A stretch of DNA of 59,365 nt, counting the filler. It is 6 parts of 6 records of this genome, joined end to end, with 100 filler letters (N's around TTAATTAATTAA, not from the genome) between each part and the next. Parts side by side here need not be neighbours in the genome. Positions count along the whole stretch, not along the records: positions 22,718 to 38,244 come from DRR378314_2402; positions 38,345 to 46,018 come from DRR378314_2404; positions 46,119 to 54,233 come from DRR378314_2405; 3 more parts are not named here. One strand, 5' to 3'. Below the pieces are notes generated by a model that worked only from the letters and a program-made list of their open reading frames with translations, was not told the origin of the DNA and did no database searches. Shown here one piece after another: positions 35,485 through 46,499 of the stretch (the stretch's first letter is position 1; the number at the start of each line of letters is the position of its first letter). The position numbers were made by a program, and so were the translations under genes.

Positions 35485-35570
35485 GCAGCGTTCTGAGCTG
35501 GATGTACCCGGCAGAAGACTCTGGGCAGGATATACGATACCGGAGCTTCCAAACGTATTGCCACGCGGGG

Positions 35571-38054
35571 CTAGTCGGCCAAATCCTCATGAAGCCTTCC
35601 CACTTGAAGGAGGTGCTTTGCTGCCTGGCGACCTTTGTCCTCTGACCCGCCAGACTGCATGTGCAAGAGCAATGTGTGCCCAAGGGCGAGATACGGTCCG
35701 TAAGGTTACGATCGCTATCGACCGCCGGTTGGCTTCGGCGCCGCCCTCCCCCTTCCCGAGACATCGAAAAACGCCATGGTGCTGGGGAATATAGGAAAAC
35801 TGGCAATAGGAAATGGGAGTCGCCTTAAAAATACCAGGTTCAAGTACATGTACATGATACGGCGCCTATTGCAATCGTTGGTATCCCTTTTGTGTGCGCA
35901 CAGCTGCCCGATCTTCCTGGAGCCAGCTTACCTCTTTGGCAAGAATTCGAGAGAGGCTGCTCCACACCGCGGAGCCAAAGCCGGCCGCCCCACCGCACAT
36001 GTACACATTCCCGCCCTGCGGAGTGCGCATTTCCAGAGGAACACGAACGTTGCCATCATGGTGTGCATAGGTTTTGCGCTTTGGTTCCAACTCGTGGCAA
36101 GTGGATGAGAAGCGTCGGAAGGGATGATTTTCTTTTCAGCCGAACTTTCCGCTGCTCCGCGGAGCTCGGGAGGGGGGGAGGCGGCGCTGGCGTCGTGGAC
36201 AAGCAGAGGGGCGTTTCCCTGCTGCTGCGCACCTCGGCGAGCATACGCCGTATTGTGTCGGCGTGTCCATCCATTGCAGCATCAATGGGCTCTCCTTCAG
36301 CCTTGTGTATCGTAAGAGGAGAGGTGGCTTGCTCCAGAAATTCACCGTATACGTACTCGGACGGATCGCTGCAGTGCGATCGCAGCGCAAGCCCAGCGAC
36401 TGTGTGAGCCGCGGGATGCTTCGTGTGCGGAAGCGCCGACGCCAAAAGGCGAGCCTCGCGCACTATCCAGTTCTCTCCGGTGTGAAAACTATGCGAACGA
36501 TTTCGTATGCAGCACTGACCATGCATTCACTATAAGACTCCTCTTTGAGACAACATAATCTCTATTTGTGGCAGGGTTCCCGCAAAAGGGGCTACAATAG
36601 AGTACATGGGTGTTGTGCGCAGCAGTGCAATGGTCTCTCCTGGCCACTGCACGGCACTGGGCCGCTGTGAAGCGCTAGCTGGTTGCTGCGCCGTATCGTA
36701 CCGGTATCCATAGATCAGCAGTGCGTCGCTGGTAGCCCGAGTCGCATCCCGCTCTTGTACAAAGGCATGGAAAGGTGCGATACCTGTACGCCAATGCACA
36801 TGAACAGCAATGCAGTCGAGTTTTGGTTTCTGGGCGGGCTCTTGCTGCGATGCGGCGTGCGGCCTCGAGCTTTGTCGCACGACGCGCCGCTCGACCGAGG
36901 CGCTACCTCAGGGATGCTACTGCGGCGGACGTGCACGCGGTTGCGAGAGGGGGCATCACTGCAATGAACATGTGCACCGCGGGTTCTTTGCATGCCACAT
37001 ACGCTAATACGCTAATCGACGCATGAACAAGTGGAGACTGCGTTGATCTTCCATTGCGACACAACCAGGCCACGTGGTGGCGAGATGCGGGCTCTGGGTA
37101 CGCACCTGTGCCCCCGGCAATCATGAGCAATGGCCGATTGTCGGCTGGCAGGCGAAATGTGGACGGGCGCAGGGATGCGGCGATGGTGTCTGTCTCGCTG
37201 ATGTGTGCAAGGTACGATGTACAGAGGCCACGCCGCGTTTCGGTCCCAGCGGCCTTGTGCTCGACAACGCGGTACAGGAGGGTAATGTCATCGGGGTCAA
37301 CGACGCTGCTCGACGCGATGGAGTAGTATCGAGGGCGAATGCTTCCGAGGCGCGCTTGGAGCTCGTCCAGCGAGATGCGCACTGACGGGTGGCGTTTTAA
37401 CAGATCAAGTACGTCCAAGCGCTCGTTTCGCACGTTGTCGATATACCCCTCGCGCGAGCTCCATGCTGTGAGCTGTGCTGCTTCGTTCGTCGCTGTGGCG
37501 CGCTCGGCCAACGCGCGGACGACAGCAGGCGAAGGCGGCCCGACCAGGTCCATGGCGCTCGCGATACGCTCGCGCACTGCAATGTCGCAAGGTGAGGTTA
37601 CCGTTTCCTGAGATTCGAGCTTCCCAGCCAGCGATGCGTCGATGGCTCCACATTGGGCAAGGGCTGGGGCCGCGCGAGACAGCACGGATTTGTCGTTACG
37701 CGGAATGATTGCGACGTGATCGCCCGTGGTATACTGTCCGCTGACGCCACGGAGCTTGATCTACGCAGGCGCACAATTGTGGAGGGCAACGTGCGAGCGG
37801 TAAGCGATGCACTCGCGCGGTATGAGGGATGGAGGGGCGACCGGACGATCTGTTCCCGTAGAGCGATAACCGCACTACGCTCCTGGGATGTATGCGGGAC
37901 TATCTTACGGGCCTTTCATCTGCAGCATTGGCAGTCACGATCGCACCTCCCATGTTTCGCGGCTGGATTGCGGGCACAGGTTGATATTTGCCAAGACAGT
38001 CGCGGTATCACCTTCCACAACACTCGATTTTGTCGGAGCAGGCGTCTCCACAGC
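35571..38054 (-). CDS. Diflavin reductase (CPR/NOS/BM3-type) FAD- and NAD(P)H-binding domains, 6 visible exons, 5'-truncated
   Basis: Exons 38054-37947, 37760-37106, 36783-36702, 36368-36233, 36015-35932, 35654-35571 are all phase-consistent. Motifs: YTTGDHVAIIPRN, RPRYYSIASS, RRGLCTSYL, FRLP, AGGTGIAPF, VYMCG, GRLHEDLAD*. Confidence 0.9.
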
Positions 38055-38244
38055 CTGGCATGCAACGGTAAGCGAGAGCGTGCAGCAGAGTAAGAGGTGG
38101 CCTTGCAGCCGCAGATGGTGTTTCATTCGGGTCGAGCGGCGGCGCAGTGTTGGACTCAGGCGCCTTGTTTCGACAGGCACGCTGGTCGTATTCGCAGCGG
38201 CGCTTTCCTCTCTAAGGGGGTAGTACGCTGCCAAGTTTGTGTGC

Positions 38245-38344
38245 NNNNNNNNNNNNNNNNNNNNNNNNNNNNNNNNNNNNNNNNNNNNTTAATTAATTAA
38301 NNNNNNNNNNNNNNNNNNNNNNNNNNNNNNNNNNNNNNNNNNNN
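38245..38344. other. Artificial contig spacer 3
   Basis: N run with TTAATTAATTAA. Confidence 0.99.
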
Positions 38345-38992
38345 TTGGATTGTAACGAGTACCCCTTTCTATGCAAAAATGAATCTGTGCGTCCCGCAAA
38401 CGACACAGGCAAAGCGCCCACAATGAACACATGACAAGTCAATCGTCGCCTAACACTAAGTAGAAGCGATAAGGACCATTGCAACAACATTCACCAATTA
38501 CAAGAGCTCCGGGAACCAGGTCAAGGAGACGTTCCGCACAGCAACACATCGATCCAGCATAACAACGTAACAAACGGAGCGCGATCACGCGCATATGTGG
38601 GTATATGCATAAGACGGGGATCGCATTCCCCGCTTCATGTACTACGCCGCGCCACGTGTAAGACACGGGAACGCCGGGGAGACGATGGAAAGCAGCGAGT
38701 GGTTCTTTGCGCATCGCTGCGCGTACGCTCGTTCAACGGTTATCACCCGACAACGGCAACACTATGAATAAGGTACTCGATCACCGCGGAAACCAATGTA
38801 ACATCGCTCACCGCATACATGACGTCACGCGATAATGCGCTACAGCTACCGGAAGGTGCGGCACGATGGATGAACCACAGTGCAAAAGAGAAGCATCGCG
38901 AATCATCTCTTTTAACCATCGTGTCTCCTCTTCTTTCCCCCCACGCTTCGCTCCTCACTGGACAGCGAGACCTAGCAATCGCCGAAACGCAC

Positions 38993-40559
38993 CTTGAGAT
39001 CGGCATTCTCCGCCCGTAGCAGCTGGTTCTCCGCTACGAGTTCGTCCGTTCCTTTACGCGTATCCTCGATCTCTGCCTGGAGCCCCGTGGAAGTTTTCGC
39101 TGCTACACGGCGATCTTTTTCCGTGCGATGCGCTACTTGCTGTGCAGCGCGGAGTTTCCCACGGAGCATCTCCACTTCCGCGCGAAGATCATTACGCTCT
39201 TCTGAAGTAGCAGCAAGTGTCACTATATTATCCTGCAGCATCTCCGCAAGCTTCTTCTTCTTCGCTGACATCGATGCGAGGATACGCTGCATTTCTTGTA
39301 CATCGTTCGTCTGGAAATGGACCACGGACGCGTGCAAGGGAGCGGAAATCGCTTCCGCGTGCTGCAGGTCCAGCGAACGAGGAACAAGAAACCACGTCCG
39401 ACATCGCGCGCAAAGATACATGAGACAAAAAACCAGCGCATACGCACACTGCAATGGTATGGAGAAGGAGTCGTAGGTAGAGACATATAGTTCAGAGGAA
39501 GTGTGAGAGAGAATGAGGAATGTTCCCATCCTCGTCTCCCTTCCTCTCACCCTCGTTCCCTCTCTGCTCTTTCCTCTCGCGCGCGAAGTAGCGATGGGCA
39601 TCACAGTAACTCTTTCCCCTTGGAACCTAACTACTTTGTGGGGCGGAAGCGTGTACACTGCGAGGTGTCGATTGCACGACTATCCACTCGGTACTCTCGT
39701 ACACTCGGCTCGTGCTGAAGGAGCGCGGCAGAGAGCATGCGCAATCCAGTGATGAACGAGTCGCAGCCGCGATAACGGATTCGCAAACGAGAGAGAAATC
39801 GGCAATGAAATACAGGGCAAAACCGCCGTTTCCACTCCCTTCCTCTACAGCATACGAAAGGGGAGAATCCTCTCAGCTACTTTCTTCCCCCCCTCTCTCG
39901 TCCACTTGACGACAGTGCCGTCTATACAGAGACCTCAGGACTCCTCACGGATGCTTTAGGACAAGGAAACACGTGGAGCAAAGTACTGCTTTCACATTGA
40001 GATTCTCCGATGTTTTCACGCGGTGAGATCTCCTTGTGGTTCTGTCACACCACAAAGTGGAACGTCGTTCGCGTGTTCGGCACGCGATGCACACCTCGTC
40101 CCGCGATGGCACCGATGCTGCCTGCACATCGCGCTGTGCTTCCTCCTGATCATAGTGGAGCGCCGCGCGTTGCTGACTCCCGTCCGTTACGTTCGTTCCG
40201 GGAGAATCATCGTCGCGCGGCGAGGACTCGCCTTCCTCCTGCACTCCCTCCAGCGCATCTTGCCCAAAACGCTGCAGGACATCCTCAAGCTGGCCTTTGC
40301 GCATGAAAAAGGACTCGCTATTGCGATCAAAGCTTGTCATATGTCTTATTCTGCTATCGTTTTCCGGTGTGCTCCCTGACATTGCTGAATTCGTTCGGTT
40401 TGTGTGGGGAGGCGCCTCGCTCACATCTGAGAGAGCAAAACTGAGATCACCGGTGCTCGCAACGGCTGTGGCTGTAGAGTCCGCTTCACGACGTTCCGCG
40501 GAAGATTCGCGATGAATCTGTGATACAGCAGCACTAGCCGTAGCAGAGTGTGATGACAT
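38993..40559 (-). CDS. Eukaryotic coiled-coil protein, first exons, probably continues past the contig end
   Basis: Exons 40559-40095 (disordered) and 39361-38993 (heptad-rich ERNDLRAEVEMLRGKL...ENQLLRAENADLK) with GTGTGC/GTGCGT donors. Confidence 0.65.
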
Positions 40560-43500
40560 GCGATGCGAGGATGACGATGTCACTGCAAGGGAAAGAACGT
40601 AGCAGCAGAGAGAGGGGGAGAAGAGTGGCGAAGCAAAGAGAAAAGCAGCGTCAGCGAGCGACATGCGAGAGAGCGTTCACGCTCCCACTCCTTACTCGTT
40701 GCGAATTCGGAACGCAGAACCGCCCCTATACGTGTTCAAGGACGCGGTATGGGTCAGTAGGGATTCTATACGATACCACGACATCTATCATCACGGTACG
40801 GTGCAGTGTCGTTGGGTAACGAGCAGTTCGTGGTCTTGCTGAGCGGAACGCGCGAGAAAGACAGAGCGCGCCGCGGTCGCGCTTCCTACCACACAACCTA
40901 CACGACAGTGCGCCACGAACAGCGACGCGTACTTCGCTCGCAGATGATACAGGTCCGAGCGAGAAGAGCATTTCGGATCCTTTCCTTCTCTTTATCACAA
41001 TGATACGGTGTGGATTTGCGCATCTGCGGGTTTCCGCACCGCTGCGCGTGCGAGCGAGCGCTGAGCGGCGCGAGAGCGGTACCGCGCTGCGTCCCAGTGC
41101 TCACAAGGCGCCAGCACCACAAAACGAACGAGAAGCAGCGATGTGCCAGCATTAATCCACCCATGAATTGGGACAGATATAATTTTTTGCTGTAAAGAAG
41201 CCCTTGTCGTGCTATCTGTGCCACACGGGGATCGCTGGGATGCGAATAAGGAGGATGTGAAGGCTACGTAAACGAGAGAGAGCAGTGTCTGCGTGACGGG
41301 ACAGCGGCACGCAGGTCCACTCGCACTGCTCGCGCGCGACCACTCCCACGTGCCAAATACACACCGCCAAGTAGTGTAGGATGCACCAATACCACCACTA
41401 CATAACCTTCCTTCTCTTTCTTGCTCTGTGTGGGTGGCAGGGTCCGCCATGTATCTGGCTTTCGCGGGTGCGGTGAGGCCGGGTCAGCACCCGTGTGTGC
41501 GCACCGCGGCGCAACGGCAAGCGCGAGACGCACGTGAGCGGCGCGCTGGGCAGGGACCAAGGGCCCCCACGCACGCATCGCGCCACCACGCTGGTGATCG
41601 CGTGGCGTGATGCCAGTGGTACCGCAGTGCCGAATGCGATATTGCGGGTGGCGGTGGTGGTGGTAATCGCGCGGGTGGTAGGTGGCGCTGCACCTGCGCG
41701 GTTCCGTGCTGCGCTGGGCCGGGACGCGGCTTGCGCGCCGCACCGCAGGCAAAGGCGGACCCGCCCAGCGCGACGCGCAGCGCACGCGTGCTCGATTGGC
41801 GCACCAACAGGAACACGTGAAGCACCACACTGCACCATGCGATGCACAATACTTGATACGAGTATGTACGGCCCGCTACGCGCACGGTGACGAGGACCCA
41901 GGTATTGCAGCGCGTTTGTTGTTGCACACAACGTACCGCTTCGCTGATACTGCTCGGTAGCGGAGCTGCTCAGAGCGCCTCGGCTGCGACCCATAGCTGC
42001 CGCCAAAGCTCACCGGGACAACGCAGGAACAGAGATAATGACTACTACCGCAATTAGTAATCAGTTGTATACGTATACGGGATCCCGTCGTTTCGCGTAG
42101 AACCGGTCCTAGGCGGTTCAAGAAGCAAGAAGTGAGAAGTGACCAGAGAGCGCGTTTCGGGCGTTGACCCGCCGTGGAGGAGACCTGCGGCGCGGCGCGC
42201 GTGCAGTACGCGGCGGCCCCTGTTTCGTGCCGGCCGCCACCCACACGACCCAAACCCCACCTAGCGGCCCACAGCCGTAGATACAAGGAGACGAGTAGGG
42301 AATCACAAGACCTGTTTCGTCAACCGTTGCTTTGCCCTCGCTCGCCTCACGCGACCAAGCCACGGCGACGCATCTCGCAGGGAGCGATAGTGTGCCGGTG
42401 ACGCATATTGCACGCGCCGTCGAGACTACCACTCAGCTTCTCGCTGCGCGAAAGCGTACGCGCAGAGGTTTGATGGTGGCAGTTATTTGCGTACATTAGG
42501 AAGGGCTGGCGATGTGAGCGCACATTTTGGCTAAACGCTCTCCGCCTACAGTTCACGCGAGGTCGGGACAGAAAGCCGCCGATACCAGAGCAGAGGGCCG
42601 ACGCAACGAACCTACGCAAACGCACGCTCACCGCCGAAGACCAGGGCATTCCCGCGATCAACCGCGCGTTGTGACTGCAACTTTGCAATCCGAGCTTTCT
42701 TGAACCATGGCTACACTCGTGAAAGGGGCGCGACCCGCATCTGCCGTACGCGAGACTTGCCAGCGCGCATATACAGTCGATGTCAGTTGCTCTGTGCTAT
42801 CCTGTCTGAGTCTCCTGTCCGCCGCCTAGGGCTGCTCTGGACAGAGCAAGGGCCCTCTCTCATGTGCAGGAAAGAGGAGACCGGAGAAGCAACCGAGCCT
42901 TCCGATTTCCGCGCGTGCTCCGCTCTGGGAAGAGCGTACCGCGCGGCGCTTCTGGGTGCTAGCGAGTCTGCCCGGTGTACTACTCGCTGCGCAACACTCC
43001 TCGCCTGGCGCGATTCCAAAGCGCGAACGCTCCCAAAGAATTTCAAGGCGTTCTTTGACATGGAGAAAGATGATGCAATACGCTGCACAGAGGATTCCTT
43101 TCTAAGACAATAGGGAGTGGCCCGGGAAACTGCTTCAACCGCGATCGAGGAAGTCCCATCGCAGCGGCGCTTTTCCGTTTGAGCCAGAGCCACTTGCCTC
43201 AGGTTTGTTCAGTTGATCTCGCACGCACTACGTTGCGGATTTCGCGCCTACAGTGCGCGCGGAAGCGAGCGAGAACCCATGGGGCCCGTTCTCTGCTGTT
43301 CCCTCCGTTCCACCGCCGTCATTGCTTGCCTGACTTGTTCCATAGTGCGTCATCCGCACCACATCGTATTCATTACTATTTTTTACATACCTTCTAGAGT
43401 AAACAGTGGAAACTTGAGCCATCAGCTAGCGCTCTGGCGAGTGCAAACCGCGCTCCGTCTGGCACCTGAGTGATCTTTGTATTCCGACCCTCTGTAACCA

Positions 43501-45057
43501 AGAGCAAAACAAGCAAGAATTCGAGTCGTTTGCCAAAATAGGGTTGCTTGTTATTTCCTAAACATTCACTAAATTCGGGACGTCGAGACCATCGAAATGA
43601 CAGAGGCAGCCCCAAATTTACAGCCAATCTCGGGTTGTCTATCCTCTGAATCGTTGTCGTTCGCCAGCAGTTATCTGCGACTGCCAGGAGCAGTTGGGCA
43701 GCGAGAGCACAAAGGCGCGATGGCTACCGATTGCCCTCGCCACTGCGCTGGTTGTGCTGAGTTTCTCTTAGCTCCCAGCGCTCCTCGCCTAGCGTACTCC
43801 ATTGCGCGCTGTCGTTCGTGCAACGTCCTAGTGAAGAAGCGGCTCCCCGCAGCTGCAAGCTCTCGCCTTTCCTGCTCAGCGAGCACGCAAAGGCTTTTCG
43901 CAAGTGTATTGCATTCTGTGCTCTTGAAGTTGCACGGCGCCAGCTCCTCAGCCGCTGAAGCGCCAGGAAAAGCGGGTGCGTTTTGCCTGAGGAAATCGCG
44001 GGCAGCGGACGCCTCTGTAGCACCGGGAAGAGAGGCTGCTGTTATCCCTGCATTTTTAGTCAAATTGACAGGATCTTATCATGCACTGCCCGACAGAAGA
44101 GTAGCAGGGAAGCCTGAGCGCAAACGCCAACCTGGTGGTGTGCGCTAACGTAGAGGGCTTTTTGCATGGTACTAGACGGCGTATTCGTCGGCTTTGCGTC
44201 ATTCTTCCATTATAAAATAGTGGTATTATCACATTGATATTGTTCTGGGGGTAGCAATGAGCTGCTGGGGTGACCTGCGGCCACGATACATCTAGCGCGC
44301 GGAGTGCTGGAGAGCGGTGGCGGCAGCCACTTGCAGTAGGACAGTTCTTAGGGCGCGGCCCCTCAGGTTTGCAGCCGTTGCCACGCAAACTCAGCGTGCG
44401 CGTGCCTGAGGTGTGCGCTTGCCGGCGCTTCCGCTGGAAACGGTCCCTCCCGCACTTCTCTGTCGCTCCCTGGCCGTTTGACAACAATGCGTGCGGCAGC
44501 ATAGTTATGCATGTGATGTCAGAACGATCTAGTGCGAATTTTGAGAGTGACCAAGGGGTCTGTTTCTGACACGGTGGCGCAGGGCTTCTGCGTCCGCGCG
44601 TCGCTTTGCCCGTGTTCTTGCGCACGTGCGTGTTTGTGCGTCCGGCGGCATTGACCGCGAGCTACTTCTGGAAACCCGGATGAGCTGGTCGACTGCCTAA
44701 ACCCCCTCCGTCGTCTGTCAAATTGCACTGCCTCGCCAAGAGAGCTGCAGAGTCTCTTTCAAATGCTGCTGCGCCTGGGTGGCGTCCGACTGACTGCACT
44801 TAGGCGAAGCGGGGGGAACATGCTGTAGCGCTATGAGAGTAACCCCAGCACCCAAACGAGACGTCGCAATGGCCCCCCGCGTTCGGAGGGTCCGCTTGGG
44901 CGCCGATCTCGTCCGCCTTGCCGCCGCTTCCGCGCCTCTTGCAAGAGATTTGAGGGATGGGTACACGCGAAGGGATATGCAGTATGAGACTTTTTTCATT
45001 TATTTACTGGAATGTTGCATTCGTGGGCGGTGCGGTCGCTGTTCTTTGCAGGGAGGG

Positions 45058-45342
45058 ATGAGTGAGCACGCCGCTGTTCTTCCGGAGCAGGGGATGGAGA
45101 TTGACGCCGGCGGCAGCAGCGGCGGCTGCAGCAGTGTCCCCGAGGATGCACCGAACGCTCCCGCCGCGACGACACCGGCCGGCGCGACAGCCGCGCTCCC
45201 ATGCGGAACCGCCGCGCAGGAGAGCGCCCCCGCGGAGCCCGCGAAGGAGGCAAGCGGGAGCGGCGCACAGCTGGAAACCGCCAAGTTCACCGTGCGTGGT
45301 ACTGATACTGTGATCACGCGGCACCCCTCTGGTAATTTCAAG
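45058..45342 (+). CDS. Probable first exon of an unidentified eukaryotic gene (truncated by contig end)
   Basis: ATG 45058, 95 codons of Ala/Pro-rich sequence ending ...TRHPSGNFK at an AAG|GTTCGT donor. Confidence 0.5.
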
Positions 45343-46018
45343 GTTCGTTTTCGTTTGCGTGCGACTCGGATCCGTGCAGTGCGGCTCGGCTCCGTCCCTT
45401 GCGGCGGTGCGCAGACCGCCCGTGCACACGCGCACAGCGAAGCGGCAATGCCCCGTTGGCGGAAAGGGCGGCCAAGGAGGCGGTGGCCACGCCGCGTGGA
45501 ACCTCATGTAGACCTAGTTTGTTAACCACGATATGGCACGAGGCCCGCCGCGAGGCTCCTCCCGGTCGGCGAAGTGCTGCCTGTGCTTTTCGCTTCGATC
45601 GAGTGAGGAAGCCATGCTGCGCAGTAGTTCATGTCTTCCTACATGCTAATAATCGCGGCAGGCTCCGCATACGTGCGCACATGCATACGGGAACCTGTGG
45701 CCCTTGACCCCAGAGCAGCTGACGCAGCACGGGGCACTGCTGGCGCCGAAGCGGTGGAGCGCGCCACGAATCCCCAGCAGCCCCGTCTCTTTACGCCGCC
45801 TCTGCAGCTGTTATTGTAACATCTCTCCTGCCTGTTGAACCAATTGACTCACACGACTTATGTGCATGTCTCGCCTCCGATGTGTGCAGGTCGATTGTGC
45901 GCGCGAGAGTGTTCGTGTCTCGGTTCTCAAGCACACTGGAGTGTACGTGCAGTCGTTGTCTGCAGCAAACTGCTGCCAAGAGACCCCTTGTTGCGCCCAT
46001 CAGAGGAAGCACGTGTAT

Positions 46019-46118
46019 NNNNNNNNNNNNNNNNNNNNNNNNNNNNNNNNNNNNNNNNNNNNTTAATTAATTAANNNNNNNNNNNNNNNNNNNNNNNNNN
46101 NNNNNNNNNNNNNNNNNN
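46019..46118. other. Artificial contig spacer 4
   Basis: N run with TTAATTAATTAA. Confidence 0.99.
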
Positions 46119-46499
46119 TTTTAGTCCAATAAGGTTATCCCATTCGCAGGGCGCGCGACGAATCGATCGCTGCTGTTGTGCTGCTCCCATGCAGGGAAGT
46201 CGCCGCTGCGGCGCCTGGAGCCCGTGCGTGGCCCTCTACGCGTAGCGTGCAGGTGAAGCGCACCGTCTTGTTGTGTTTTAGTGCCCCCCAACGGCCGACA
46301 CCACCGTAATCGAAGCGAATCTCATTCCTATTTCGCACGCTACTGAGCGGAAGCTGTAAGCAAGGGGACCCCGATCCGAGCAGAGACGCGTGCAGCGAGA
46401 ATTTTGGTACCACGGGGCTTCCGCCCAGTTGTTCGGCCGCATTTGTTGTTGCTGTTGTTGACCAAGAAAGCGGGCGCCACGTGCGAGCAGGGCCCACCG

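Noticed and set aside
35571..38244. Calling the reductase a nitric oxide synthase or P450 fusion
   Set aside because: Only the FAD/NAD(P)H domains are in the contig; no oxygenase, P450 or FMN domain is visible
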